Below are positions 41,549 to 51,135 of a stretch of 53,138 bases of DNA, in pieces. Position 1 is the first letter of the stretch; every line of letters starts with the position of its first letter. The translations under genes were made by a program, and so were the position numbers. This DNA is from a virus (lineage: Duplodnaviria; Caudoviricetes): IMG/VR virus record IMGVR_UViG_3300036792_000197, positions 1 to 53,138 of that record. One strand, given 5' to 3'. A model generated the notes under the pieces. The model searched no databases and had not been told where the DNA came from. It was given only the letters and a program-made list of their open reading frames with translations.

Positions 41549-41874
41549 TGGGCACCGTAACCAGCGCGTCCGCCGTCGTCCTCACAGGCGCCTGGCACGC
41601 GTTCGCCGGCATCTTCTGGGGCGTCTGCAAGTGGACCGGCCTCGCCGTCATCGGCACCTGGTTTGGCCTCTTCGTCTGGGCCTACTTCTTCGGCAGCCGC
41701 AAGCCCGGTGGGCCGCTCCCCGTCCGCAAGCCGCAGGTCGGCGACGACACGCTCGCCATGCTCGCGCAGCGCCGCGAGGTGCGGCCGCGGCACGGGTGCG
41801 ACGAGGACACGTTCATCGGCGACGGGATGACCGAAGCGCTCGACCGGATGCTCAGGGGTGAGGGACGTGGCTAG
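41548..41874 (+). CDS. Membrane protein
   Basis: TGATG coupling; hydrophobic, Trp-rich N-terminus. Confidence 0.6.
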   Translation: MGTVTSASAVVLTGAWHAFAGIFWGVCKWTGLAVIGTWFGLFVWAYFFGSRKPGGPLPVRKPQVGDDTLAMLAQRREVRPRHGCDEDTFIGDGMTEALDRMLRGEGRG

Positions 41875-42751
41875 GCCGGTCATCACCAAGCCAGGACTGT
41901 ACCCGGACATCGACGAGGACTGGTACCACGCGGACTGCGTTGAGGGCGGCTCGCTGTCGGTGTCGGGGGCTAAGCTTCTCCTTCCGCCGTCGTGCCCGGC
42001 CCTGTTCGACCACGCGCGCAGGCACGGCAAGCACAGCAAGTCGATGGACACCGGAACCCGCGTGCACGCCCTCGTGCTCGGCAAGGGCGAAGAGCACCTG
42101 GCCCTGCTGCCCTACGACGAGTACCGGACCGACGAGGCGAAAGCAGCCCGCGACGCGGCCATAGCAGCGGGGAAGATCCCGACGAAGCCGCGCGAGATGG
42201 CCGAGGCCGAGAAGATCGCCGCCGCCGTCTTCAACGACAAGGAAGCGCGACGGCTGCTCGACACCGTCACCGACACGGAGCTTTCCGGCTTCTGGTTCGA
42301 CACCGAGCACAAGATCTGGCTGCGCATGCGCCTCGACGCGCTCGGCTGGGGCGAGCGCCCCGAGATCGTGGACGTCAAGACGACCGCCGACTCATCGCCC
42401 GCCGCTTTCGCCAAGAGCATCGCCGACTGGCGTTATGACATGCAGGACCGCCATTACCGCGAGGGACTCGCCGCGATCCTGTCCGGCACCCCCGGCGAGC
42501 TGGAAGCCGACGACATCCGGTTCACCTTCCTGGTGGTCTGCACCGCCGCGCCCTACCTCGTCATGACCTACGAGCTCGGCAGCGACGACACGGAGCGGGC
42601 CGACGAGTCCAACCGGATCGCCCGCGGCATCTACGCCCGCTGCTCAGAACGGAACGAGTGGCCCAAGTGGTCAGACTCGCCCGTTGAGCTGAGCCTCCCT
42701 TACTACCGCGCCAAGCAGATCGAGAGAGACATCAATGACTACTACAACTGA
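41867..42751 (+). CDS. RecE / exonuclease VIII-like PD-(D/E)XK nuclease (DUF3799-like)
   Basis: YHAD, LSVSGAK.LL, GT.VH, RLD, IVDVKTT, YDMQ..HY. Confidence 0.88.
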   Translation: MARPVITKPGLYPDIDEDWYHADCVEGGSLSVSGAKLLLPPSCPALFDHARRHGKHSKSMDTGTRVHALVLGKGEEHLALLPYDEYRTDEAKAARDAAIAAGKIPTKPREMAEAEKIAAAVFNDKEARRLLDTVTDTELSGFWFDTEHKIWLRMRLDALGWGERPEIVDVKTTADSSPAAFAKSIADWRYDMQDRHYREGLAAILSGTPGELEADDIRFTFLVVCTAAPYLVMTYELGSDDTERADESNRIARGIYARCSERNEWPKWSDSPVELSLPYYRAKQIERDINDYYN

Positions 42752-43772
42752 CGTCGCCGTCCGCGAGGACGCGTCGCCCGCGCTGCACCTGCCCGCGCTG
42801 CCGAACCTGCCCGACACCGACTCGTGGATCCGGGCCATGGCGTCGATTGCCAAGCTGGCCGACCAGATCTGCAACACGTCGTTCGTCCCCAAGGGACTGC
42901 GCGGCGACCCGGCCTCCGTCACCGCCGCGATCCTCACCGGCCGCGAGCTGGACATGGGGCCGATGCAGTCGCTCCGCCACATCCACGTCGTGGAGGGCAC
43001 GCCGTCGCTCGACGCCGAGTACAAGCGCGCCAAGGTGCTGTCGCTCGGCCACGAGTTCCGCATCCTCGAATGGGACGACGACCGCTGCAAGGTGGCCGCG
43101 CGGCGCAAGGGCGACCCGAGCGCGCCGCTCATCGCCGAGTACACCATCCGCGACGCGCGACGCGCCGGGCTCGTCAAGGACCGCGGCAACTACATCACCC
43201 GCCCGAAGGTCATGATGCTCGCCCGCGTCACCACCCTCGTCTGCAACGCGATCTTCGCGGACGTCACCAACGGCCTGGCCACCACGGAGCTGCTCGAAGC
43301 GGGCGACGAGGACGCGGTAGCCGACGCCATCGGCGCATCCGTGGAAATGCCGCAACGCCGGGTGCCCGAGACGGCAGACCTGCGCCAGCGCGCCCGCGCC
43401 CAGACCGTGACCGCGACAGTGGTCACCCCAGAGCCCTCGCCCGCGGGCCCGGAGATCTCCCCCCACTCCGGTGATGCCGCTGCCCGACCCCAGGCGGACG
43501 TGCCGCCCGCGGGCGAGGCCCCAGACCCGGCGTGGCAGCGGGCGCTGAAGGCCGCGCAGGCGCAGTGCAAGAAGGTGCTCGGCGACGACAGCGAAGCGCG
43601 GCACGCCTACGCGGCGCGCATCCTGCGGGTCAGCGAGGTGCGGTCGTTCAACGACCTCAAGGTCGAGGAGCTGCGCGAGGTCGCGACGGTGATGAACAGC
43701 GTCGGCAGCCGCGACGAGCTTGAGGCGCTCCTGACCGCCGGCGAAGTGCGCGGCGAGGTGCCCAGTGCCTGA
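42735..43772 (+). CDS. RecT-like single-strand annealing protein
   Basis: SFVPK...G.P....AAILTG.EL..GPMQSL..IHVVEG.P; A.RAGL; PK.ML.AR; follows the exonuclease. Confidence 0.8.
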   Translation: MTTTTDVAVREDASPALHLPALPNLPDTDSWIRAMASIAKLADQICNTSFVPKGLRGDPASVTAAILTGRELDMGPMQSLRHIHVVEGTPSLDAEYKRAKVLSLGHEFRILEWDDDRCKVAARRKGDPSAPLIAEYTIRDARRAGLVKDRGNYITRPKVMMLARVTTLVCNAIFADVTNGLATTELLEAGDEDAVADAIGASVEMPQRRVPETADLRQRARAQTVTATVVTPEPSPAGPEISPHSGDAAARPQADVPPAGEAPDPAWQRALKAAQAQCKKVLGDDSEARHAYAARILRVSEVRSFNDLKVEELREVATVMNSVGSRDELEALLTAGEVRGEVPSA

Positions 43773-43980
43773 CGCACCTGTCCGCACCCTCGGCACCGTG
43801 GAGACCGTCCACGGCCAGGAGCTCGCCGTCGGCGTCGACCACGACGCGATCACGATCGACGGCAAGCAGCTCGGCCCGCAGGCGGCCGAGGACTTCGCCC
43901 GGCTGTACTTCGCCGCCGACGAGGCGGCGCACTGGTGGGCCGCCACGCAGCAGGACGACGAGACGGTGAGCGCCCCGTGA
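43765..43980 (+). CDS. Hypothetical protein
   Basis: GAGG RBS; overlapping start. Confidence 0.6.
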   Translation: MPDAPVRTLGTVETVHGQELAVGVDHDAITIDGKQLGPQAAEDFARLYFAADEAAHWWAATQQDDETVSAP

Positions 43981-44291
43981 ACGTCTCCGAGGGCCAGCTA
44001 GCCGACGCACTGGACGGCTTCTACAGCAACGTCAGCGTCTCCGGCGCCGTCGTCCAGGGGCAGATTGTCGAGCCCGACAAGATGGCCCGTGCGCTGTTCG
44101 CCGCGCTCAGCCGCATAGCCGCGCTCAGCGAGCCGGAGGGCGTGCCGGACACCGAGCCGGACGCCGCCCCGTTCAACGGCGACCACGAGCTGACCCTGCT
44201 CGCCATGGTCATCGAGGCATTCGACGAGATGGGCGAGTTCGCCGTCGCCAGGTGCATGAGCTACCTGTCCGACCGCTACCCGCCCGAGTAG
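43977..44291 (+). CDS. Hypothetical protein
   Basis: GTGA coupling; GC3-rich. Confidence 0.6.
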   Translation: MNVSEGQLADALDGFYSNVSVSGAVVQGQIVEPDKMARALFAALSRIAALSEPEGVPDTEPDAAPFNGDHELTLLAMVIEAFDEMGEFAVARCMSYLSDRYPPE

Positions 44292-44305
44292 CACCCCCTA
44301 GAGCC

Positions 44306-44337
44306 GCCCGCCCGCGCACCCGTCCGCGCGGGCGGGC
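44306..44337 (+). terminator. GC-rich hairpin, possible terminator
   Basis: GCCCGCCCGCGC / GCGCGGGCGGGC 12-bp stem; no U-tract. Confidence 0.45.
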
Positions 44338-44352
44338 TCAGATCGGAGAGAC

Positions 44353-44589
44353 ATGAGCAAGTACCTGCGGGTTACCCGCGACTCGGTCATGTGGGGCAGG
44401 CACCGGGAGAACGGCGTCTGGCTTGCCTTCACCCCGCGCCGTCGCCTGATGCTGCCGTGGTTGCCACCAGGGCACGACGCGGTGTTCATTGCGCTCGGCC
44501 GCCTGCGCGTCCGCATCATGACGCGCCACCTCGACTACCGCCAGTGCGAGCGCAACCGCCAGGACGAGCAGACGGTGCTCGGTGGTTAA
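44353..44589 (+). CDS. Hypothetical protein
   Basis: GGAG RBS. Confidence 0.55.
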   Translation: MSKYLRVTRDSVMWGRHRENGVWLAFTPRRRLMLPWLPPGHDAVFIALGRLRVRIMTRHLDYRQCERNRQDEQTVLGG

Positions 44590-45128
44590 GACCGTCACCA
44601 CCGCGCACTGCATGCGCTGCGACTGGGTGCCCGAGGGTGACCCGGACAAGGCGGCGGAGCGGCATACGAAGACCGCCGGGCACCCGACGGCGACCGTGAC
44701 GAGGCCGGTGTGAGCGTCGTCGTCGCCTGCGGGTACTGCTGGGCCGAAGCCGGATCGGCGAAGGCCCTCGTCCACGCCGACGACTGCTCGCGGAACGGCC
44801 GCCCGCAGCCCGCAGGGGACAAGCCGTGCCAGGCGGCGACGGTCGGGTTCTGCGACTGCCCACGGTGCACTACGGAGGCGCCGTGAGCCTGTACCAGCGG
44901 ATCATGGCGCGCGGCGAGTACCCCTACCGCCCCGCCGCGTCGCCGCCCGACCTGCTCGCCGAGAGTGAGCAGCGCGACGCCACGGGCCGCCTGACCGCGC
45001 GCGAGCAGCTCGGGCCCGTCCTCACCGGCGGCCTGTGGCGCGAGCTGCCCGGGACGTGGCACCTGCCCGACCCGTACGGGCCGGACCCGGTGGTCTTCGG
45101 GGACGTGCCGAGGGTGGGGGCCGGATGA
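44582..45128 (+). other. Three small coupled ORFs (44582-44713, 44710-44886, 44883-45128); the first two are Zn-finger-like
   Basis: CMRCDW...H....H and CGYC...C...CDCPRC; GTGA overlaps. Confidence 0.55.
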
Positions 45129-45133
45129 GCGGG

Positions 45134-45385
45134 CTACTCGGCGGCGTACAGGTCGGGGTTGGCTGCCTTGTCCTCGCGGACGAGCTTGGCCGTGAAGTCG
45201 TAGGTATGGGCGTAGCCGATCGCCCGTGCGATGTCCGCGGGCTTATTGCCCTTCCGGCCGGCGGCGACGATGGCGGCCTTGAGCCGGTCCGGGCCGTTCA
45301 CGTAGTTGTCGGCAGCCTGCTCGAGCTGCGCGCGCGTCTCAGGGTCCACCTGCGGAAGTGTCTCACGATCAATGTCGGTGGTCAC
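45134..45385 (-). CDS. Small HTH-like regulator, antisense to the early operon
   Basis: AAIVAAGRKG.KPADIARAIG; TACAGT 6 nt before GTG 45385 suggests a leaderless start (alternative ATG 45403). Confidence 0.65.
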   Translation of the reverse strand: MTTDIDRETLPQVDPETRAQLEQAADNYVNGPDRLKAAIVAAGRKGNKPADIARAIGYAHTYDFTAKLVREDKAANPDLYAAE

Positions 45386-45510
45386 GATCCAACTGTACGA
45401 CATACCATCCTGGTCTGACACCTTGATCTGTGACAGTGTTTTGCGATAGTGATTAAGCGTCCAGAGAATGCACTCTGGGAACCATGTGACGTTTTGAGAG
45501 GCAGGCCGCA

Positions 45511-46083
45511 TTGGCTCGCAGCGGGCTACCCGGCTCGTACGACGGGACGCTCTACAGGTCCCACCTAGAGGCCAGGTGGGCGATATTTTTCAAGCACCTT
45601 GACGTCAAGGCCCGGTATGAGCCGCAGGGCTTCGACCTGGGCGACGGCATGCTGTACCTGCCCGACTTCGCCGTCTTCGCCGCGGGCGGCACGCTGTGGG
45701 CCGAGGTCAAGCCCGAGTGGGACGCCGACCCGGAAGGCGTCGAGAAGTGGCGGCGGTTCGCCGCGACCCGCCCGCAGCCATCACGCGCCGTGCTGCTGAT
45801 CGGGCCGCCGTCAGAAGACGGCGAGCACGTCGTCATCGGCGGCGACGACACCGCGGACGACCCGCTGAAGGGACCGTGGGAGGACAACGGCCAGGTCTGG
45901 CGCCCGTGCACCGACGGCCGTCACTTCGACCTGGCATGGCCAGGCAAGAGCTGGACCAAGTTCGCCGCCGACGACTGCCCGGACCACTTCGGCGCCGACG
46001 GGGTTGAACGGATCAAGGCCGCGGTCGAGGCCGCGCTGTCGCACAGGTTCGGCAAGTTCGGCCCGACGCCAGGGCAGACGTAA
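45511..46083 (+). CDS. PD-(D/E)XK nuclease-family protein
   Basis: YRSHLEARWAIFF..L...YEPQGF....YLPDF...WAEVK. Confidence 0.85.
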   Translation: MARSGLPGSYDGTLYRSHLEARWAIFFKHLDVKARYEPQGFDLGDGMLYLPDFAVFAAGGTLWAEVKPEWDADPEGVEKWRRFAATRPQPSRAVLLIGPPSEDGEHVVIGGDDTADDPLKGPWEDNGQVWRPCTDGRHFDLAWPGKSWTKFAADDCPDHFGADGVERIKAAVEAALSHRFGKFGPTPGQT

Positions 46084-46929
46084 ATGCGCCGCAGCGAGAT
46101 CTTCGTACCGCTGACGACCGACTTCCCGGACAACCGGAAGGTGCGGGCGCTCAGCCGCTACGGCCGCGACGCCCGCCCGGCGCGCGACCTCTACGTGCAG
46201 ATGCTGCTCTACTGCAAGCGCACCAAGTCCGACGGGTTCGTGCCAGAGGAGCAGCTCGGCCTGCTCGCCTACCCGGACCCGGTCAAGTACGGCCGCCGCG
46301 ACGCCGACCACCTGGCCGACGTGGGACTGATCGAGCGCGGCACCGGGGGATGGCTGCTGCCGGGCTGGCTCGAGCGCAACCCGTCACGCGCGTCGATCGA
46401 CGCCAAGTCGGAGGCCAAGTCCCGCGGGGCGCGGCACGCCAATCACAAGCGGTGGCACTCCGAGACGGCAGACCCGGACTGTGAATGGTGTCGGACTACT
46501 GATCAGACCAGTGATCAGATATCTGATCAGACCACTGATGATGTTCCGAACATCCACCGATCACAGTCCGAATCCACAGAGACAGAGACAGAGACAGAGA
46601 CAGAAGTAAAGACACTTGCCCGGCAAGCCGGGCGACCGCCAGAGCCCGGCTCCGACGACGACCCCGACTGGGTCGCGTTCTGGGACGCCTACCCGCGGAA
46701 AGTCTCCAAGGCCGAAGCCCGCAAAGCCTGGAAATCCGCCGTCGCCAAGCGCAAGGCCGACCCCGCGGCCATCATCGCGGCCGCGGCACGCTACGACGCC
46801 GACCGCACCCGGACCGACGAGTTCACCGCGTACCCGGCGACCTGGCTCAACGGCGACCGCTGGCACGACTACGGGCCGCGGACGACAGAAACCGCCGGCG
46901 CACGCCAGGCGTTCCCGTGGGAGAACTGA
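46084..46929 (+). CDS. Replication initiator (lambda O / DnaD-like C-terminus)
   Basis: N-terminal wHTH (YCK...SDG.VP), ETETET linker, FWDAYPRKV.K..A.KAW, YPATWLNG.RW.D. Confidence 0.85.
   Translation: MRRSEIFVPLTTDFPDNRKVRALSRYGRDARPARDLYVQMLLYCKRTKSDGFVPEEQLGLLAYPDPVKYGRRDADHLADVGLIERGTGGWLLPGWLERNPSRASIDAKSEAKSRGARHANHKRWHSETADPDCEWCRTTDQTSDQISDQTTDDVPNIHRSQSESTETETETETEVKTLARQAGRPPEPGSDDDPDWVAFWDAYPRKVSKAEARKAWKSAVAKRKADPAAIIAAAARYDADRTRTDEFTAYPATWLNGDRWHDYGPRTTETAGARQAFPWEN
46498..46604. repeat. Candidate replication origin inside the initiator gene
   Basis: TGATCAGA at 46500, 46512, 46524 (12-bp period), then an ACAGAG run at 46576-46604; locally AT-richer. Confidence 0.7.
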
Positions 46930-48521
46930 TGGACGTCCTCCGCGAGATCCTGCTGCCCAAGCTCGAGGGAATCCGGCCGTCCGCCGGCGCGTACATGGCC
47001 CAGTGCCCCGCCCACGAAGACGGTCGGGCCAGCCTGTCCATCGCCGAAGGCAAAGACCAGCCGGTCGTGATCAACTGCCACGCCGGGTGCGACCCCGTCG
47101 ACATCCTCGCCAAGCTCGGCCTCACCTGGGAAACCCTCTGCAGCCCACGCGAGCAGGACAGAACCGCGAAAGGCGAGTGGACCCCGTTCGGCGAGGCCGT
47201 CGCCGTCTACGACTACACCGACGAGCAGGGCACGCTCCTGTTCCAGGTGTGCCGCACCGCGGACAAGCAGTTCCCGCAGCGCGTACCCGACCGCGCCAAG
47301 AAATCCGGCTGGCGATGGAGCATCGGCGACACCCGCCGCGTCCCCTACCGGCTGCCCAAGGTCATCGCAGCCGTCGCCGACGGCGAGCCAGTCTGGATAT
47401 GCGAGGGCGAGAAAGACGTCCACGCCCTCGAGCTGGCCGGCGTCACCGCCACGTGCAACCCCGGCGGCGCCGGCAAGTGGCGGCCGGAGTACGCCGGGTT
47501 CTTCCGCGACGTCATCGTGCACGTCGTCGCCGACAAGGACAAGCCCGGTCAGGCCCACGCCCGCCAGGTCGCCGCGAGCCTCGAGGGCATCGCGTCCATC
47601 GTCGAGATCGTCGAGGCCGCGGGCACGCACAAGGACGCCGCCGCGCACCTCGCCGCGGGACTGGCCATCGGCGACTTCGAGACGACCTGGGAGGAAGGCG
47701 AGCCGGCCGCAGACCTCGCACCGGACCTTTACGAGTTCCTGTCCATCGAGGACGCCGGGCACGACTGGGTGATACCCGGACTGCTCGAGCGCGGCGACCG
47801 GCTGATCTGGACTGGCTTCGAGGGACTCGGCAAGTCGATGATCACGCGGCAGCTCGCCATCTGCGCGGCCGCCGGCATCCACCCGTTCGAAGACCGCCGC
47901 ATCGACCCGAAGCGCGTCCTGTTCATCGACTGCGAGAACCCCGACCGCAAGAACAGGCGCCACTTCCGCGACCTCGAGCGCAAGGCGCGCGCCAACGGCT
48001 TCCCGGTCCCGCCGGGCGCGTTCCGCATCCTCCAGCGACCCGAGGGCGTCGACCTCACCCGGGCGGAAGACGCCGCGTGGCTGCTCGAGCGCGTCACGGC
48101 CCACAAGCCCGACCTGCTTGTCGTCGGCCCGTTCTACCGGCTCCACGCCGCGGACGCCAACGAGGAACAGGCCGCCCGCACAGTCGTCGCCGCCCTGGAT
48201 GCCGCACGCCTCAAGGCCGACTGCGCGCTGATCACCGAGGCGCACGCTGGCCACGGCCAGGGCACCGGGCACGCCCGCAGCGTCCGCCCGATTGGCTCCA
48301 GCCTGCTCATGCGCTGGCCTGAGTTCGGCTACGGCATCGCACCGCACCCGGACGCCGAGAGAGACGACAGCGGCCGGTGCCGCCACGTCGAAGTCCTGGC
48401 ATGGCGCGGGCCGCGTGAAGAGCGGTATTGGCCGCGCGAGCTGATGTGGGGCACGCACGAAAACGACTGGCCGTGGGTGCCCGCCAACGCCTTCCACCGT
48501 CCCGCCGTGAGGTCCGCGTGA
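46929..48521 (+). CDS. Primase-helicase (Zn finger + TOPRIM + AAA_25/RecA-type helicase)
   Basis: CPAHED...CHAGC; ICEGEKD, ADKDKPG, KD; Walker A GFEGLGKS; FIDCEN; RPIGSS. Confidence 0.9.
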   Translation: MDVLREILLPKLEGIRPSAGAYMAQCPAHEDGRASLSIAEGKDQPVVINCHAGCDPVDILAKLGLTWETLCSPREQDRTAKGEWTPFGEAVAVYDYTDEQGTLLFQVCRTADKQFPQRVPDRAKKSGWRWSIGDTRRVPYRLPKVIAAVADGEPVWICEGEKDVHALELAGVTATCNPGGAGKWRPEYAGFFRDVIVHVVADKDKPGQAHARQVAASLEGIASIVEIVEAAGTHKDAAAHLAAGLAIGDFETTWEEGEPAADLAPDLYEFLSIEDAGHDWVIPGLLERGDRLIWTGFEGLGKSMITRQLAICAAAGIHPFEDRRIDPKRVLFIDCENPDRKNRRHFRDLERKARANGFPVPPGAFRILQRPEGVDLTRAEDAAWLLERVTAHKPDLLVVGPFYRLHAADANEEQAARTVVAALDAARLKADCALITEAHAGHGQGTGHARSVRPIGSSLLMRWPEFGYGIAPHPDAERDDSGRCRHVEVLAWRGPREERYWPRELMWGTHENDWPWVPANAFHRPAVRSA

Positions 48522-48781
48522 ACGTGCTAACCGACGCCTGCATGGCCTGCTTTCCCGGCGACGCACCCGCCGCGGTACCGGCGGAAGCACTGGCGAACGC
48601 GGACGGCACCGTGACCGCGGACTACTGCTGCCCGCTGTGCGGCCTGGCATGGCGAACCAAGTGGGAGATCGCGGCCGCGTGGCCCGCGGTGCGCGTCTAC
48701 CGCCAGCCGTTCCCGCTGCTCGACGAGGCGATCAGGCTGCTGTCCGACCTGCTCGACGGAGAGGAACTTGAGCCCGTATGA
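48518..48781 (+). CDS. Zn-ribbon protein
   Basis: DACMAC...YCCPLCG..W.T.W. Confidence 0.65.
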   Translation: MNVLTDACMACFPGDAPAAVPAEALANADGTVTADYCCPLCGLAWRTKWEIAAAWPAVRVYRQPFPLLDEAIRLLSDLLDGEELEPV

Positions 48782-48888
48782 AACCGCCGCAGCCCTGCCA
48801 CGTGCCCGGTTGCGGCAAGGAAGCGCAGCTCTACCCGGCCGGGTGGCTGTGCGAAGACCACAAACCGCGAAACGGAGAAGCCAAATGA
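48778..48888 (+). CDS. Tiny Zn-finger protein
   Basis: CHVPGCG...LYPAGWLCEDH; ATGA coupling at both ends. Confidence 0.55.
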   Translation: MKPPQPCHVPGCGKEAQLYPAGWLCEDHKPRNGEAK

Positions 48889-49015
48889 GCGAGCGATTCG
48901 CCGACCGCACCGCAGTGCGCGAAAAGGTTGAGTACGAGGGCGGCATCATGGAAGCCCTCGACTACGGCATCAGGTCCACCGACATGCCGCTCGGCGCCGA
49001 CGACGAGGCCAGCCA

Positions 49016-50038
49016 GTGACCGCCCCCGGGACGCCCGCCAGCACCCTGGAGTGCACCGTCTGCGCCCCCGGCAGCCCGCACGGCGTGACCGCGCCCGGCG
49101 AGACGGCGGCCGCGACGCCAGGGCAGGCTCAGCTCGCTGCCCTCGTCGATGGTCACTTCTTCAGCGACGGGCCGAACCCGATGCAACTCGTCTGCATGAC
49201 CGAAGACGATTCCGACGTTGAGTGCGACACCTGGGTTTCGGATGTCGAGCCTGGCATCACGTGGAACGAGCTTGAGCGCCGGATGGCCGAGCACGCCCGA
49301 GAGCACCACTTCACGGCCGCTATCGTCGCAGCGCCAGCCGCGCCGCAGCCCGCACCCGACCTCGACGCCGCGTTTGCCGGCGGGATGCGCGTCCGCACCG
49401 CCCCGTGCACAGCCGACGCCCACGACGGCGAGCACTTCCAGGTCCGCACCAACGGGCACTGGCTGTGCGCCCACCTGCTCGCCAGCATGCTCATCGCCCA
49501 GGGCATCGTCGCCGACCCCGAGGCGCAGCCCGCGCCCGAGCTGGAGCCCATCATCGTCAGCCCCGGCGACGGCACCCCGATCGGCGGCCTGCTGGCTCAC
49601 GTCATGGGACCGCAGTCCGCGCCCGAGCCCGGCCCCGACGTCTGCGAGTGCGGCCACTACTGGGCGCACCACGCGTTCGGCGATGACGTCTGCGCGGTCG
49701 TCGACTGCCCGTGCACCCGGCCTCGTCCAGCGCAGCCCGCGCCCGAGCTGGCCGCCGCCATGCGCGAGACCCGCGAGCTGCGCCAGGAGATCGCCAGGGT
49801 CGCCGTCAGCCTCAGGGTCAGCGGATTCCTCTCGCCAGGCGACTGCGACAAGATCCGCAAGCGGCTCGAAGCGCTGGCAGGACCCGAACCGCACGTCCGC
49901 GCGGCCGGCCTCCGCGACGGCATCGAGCAGCTCGCCAACGACCTCGGCATCAGCGCCAACGCCACCCGGCCAAGCCGCAAGTCGAGCATCGAGGACGAGA
50001 TCGCCATCGCGCTCCGCAAGCTGCTGGAGACGCCGTGA
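49016..50038 (+). CDS. Mosaic hypothetical protein with QPAPEL linkers
   Basis: Cys/His modules separated by four near-identical DNA repeats. Confidence 0.65.
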   Translation: MTAPGTPASTLECTVCAPGSPHGVTAPGETAAATPGQAQLAALVDGHFFSDGPNPMQLVCMTEDDSDVECDTWVSDVEPGITWNELERRMAEHAREHHFTAAIVAAPAAPQPAPDLDAAFAGGMRVRTAPCTADAHDGEHFQVRTNGHWLCAHLLASMLIAQGIVADPEAQPAPELEPIIVSPGDGTPIGGLLAHVMGPQSAPEPGPDVCECGHYWAHHAFGDDVCAVVDCPCTRPRPAQPAPELAAAMRETRELRQEIARVAVSLRVSGFLSPGDCDKIRKRLEALAGPEPHVRAAGLRDGIEQLANDLGISANATRPSRKSSIEDEIAIALRKLLETP

Positions 50039-50295
50039 CCGACGGCCAGGTGTACGACGCGGCCGAACGCGAGATGGATCTCTACCGCGCCGAGGTCACC
50101 CGGATCACGGCCGAGCGCAACGACCTCGCCGAGCAGTACGACAAGCTCCGCGCCCAGCACAAGGAACTGCTCGACATGTTCCACGGCACCGACTCCGGCC
50201 AGACCCTGCGCCTGTCTGGCGTGCGCCTCACCCGCATGTACGCCTCCGCCGGCATGCCCGTACCTGACCGGCTCAGCCACCTGGCGGGACAGTGA
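50035..50295 (+). CDS. Coiled-coil hypothetical protein
   Basis: GGAG RBS; GTGA coupling. Confidence 0.65.
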   Translation: MTDGQVYDAAEREMDLYRAEVTRITAERNDLAEQYDKLRAQHKELLDMFHGTDSGQTLRLSGVRLTRMYASAGMPVPDRLSHLAGQ

Positions 50296-50624
50296 CCGCC
50301 AAGACGCCGGCTCAGCTGGCCTGCGAGTCGTTCTGGGCAGCCGTCCGCCGCCAGAACGGCGGGCAGGACGCCGGCGACTGGCCGGGCAACGCCTGGGACT
50401 GGGCCCACGAGCGCAACAGCCGCGAAGCCTGGGCAGAAGCCGCGCAGGCCGTCCTCAACGACGCGTTCCCCGGCCTACGCGAGCAGGTGCGCCTCGCCCG
50501 CACCGACCGCGACCAGCTCCGCAAGCGAATGCTCGACCTCGCCGACGAGATCGACGAGTCAGCGCGCGGCGACGACGCGCTGACCGACGCTGCCGCCAAG
50601 ATCCGGAAGGGGCTCGACCTGTGA
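50292..50624 (+). CDS. Hypothetical protein
   Basis: GTGA coupling; helical. Confidence 0.65.
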   Translation: MTAKTPAQLACESFWAAVRRQNGGQDAGDWPGNAWDWAHERNSREAWAEAAQAVLNDAFPGLREQVRLARTDRDQLRKRMLDLADEIDESARGDDALTDAAAKIRKGLDL

Positions 50625-50783
50625 CCCGCATCCGCCGCGCCGTCGCCGCACTGAGGCGCCTGTTCCGCTGGCCAGAGCACATCACCCTGGAGGACTGGTG
50701 ACCTGCGACATGTGCGGCCGTGCGACCAGCGGCACCCGCTGCGAGCAGTGCAAGAAGCTCGCCGAAGACCTGAAGGAGACCAA

Positions 50784-51098
50784 GTGACCCGGCCGCTGAA
50801 GCTGTACCTCGCCGGCCCCATGCGGGGATACCCGAACCTCAACTTTCCCGCATTCGCCGATGCTGCCGCGAAGCTCCGGGCAGACGGCCACCTGGTCTAC
50901 AACCCCGCCGAGAACGCCGCGCCGAACCTCCGCGCCAACCTCGCTTCGGACATGACCTGGATAAGCCTGGTCGCCGACGGGGTCGTGTTCCTACCCGGCT
51001 GGACTGAGTCGCTGGGCGCGACAGCGGAGAACGCCCTGCGCATCGCCATCGGACTGCCCGGCTGGGAGCTGGACTCGTTCCCCGCCGCCACGATCTGA
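50784..51098 (+). CDS. DUF4406 / nucleoside 2-deoxyribosyltransferase-like protein
   Basis: KLYLAGPMRG....NFPAF..AA..LR..GH.VYNPAE...LPGW..S.GA..E. Confidence 0.85.
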   Translation: MTRPLKLYLAGPMRGYPNLNFPAFADAAAKLRADGHLVYNPAENAAPNLRANLASDMTWISLVADGVVFLPGWTESLGATAENALRIAIGLPGWELDSFPAATI

Positions 51099-51135
51099 CC
51101 TTCACCGAACCAACCACCATCACCGAGGAGAACGA

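Noticed and set aside
46576-46604. ACAGAG microsatellite as a phase-variation tract
   Set aside because: The unit is 6 bp (frame-preserving) and encodes the ETETET linker usual in phage initiators
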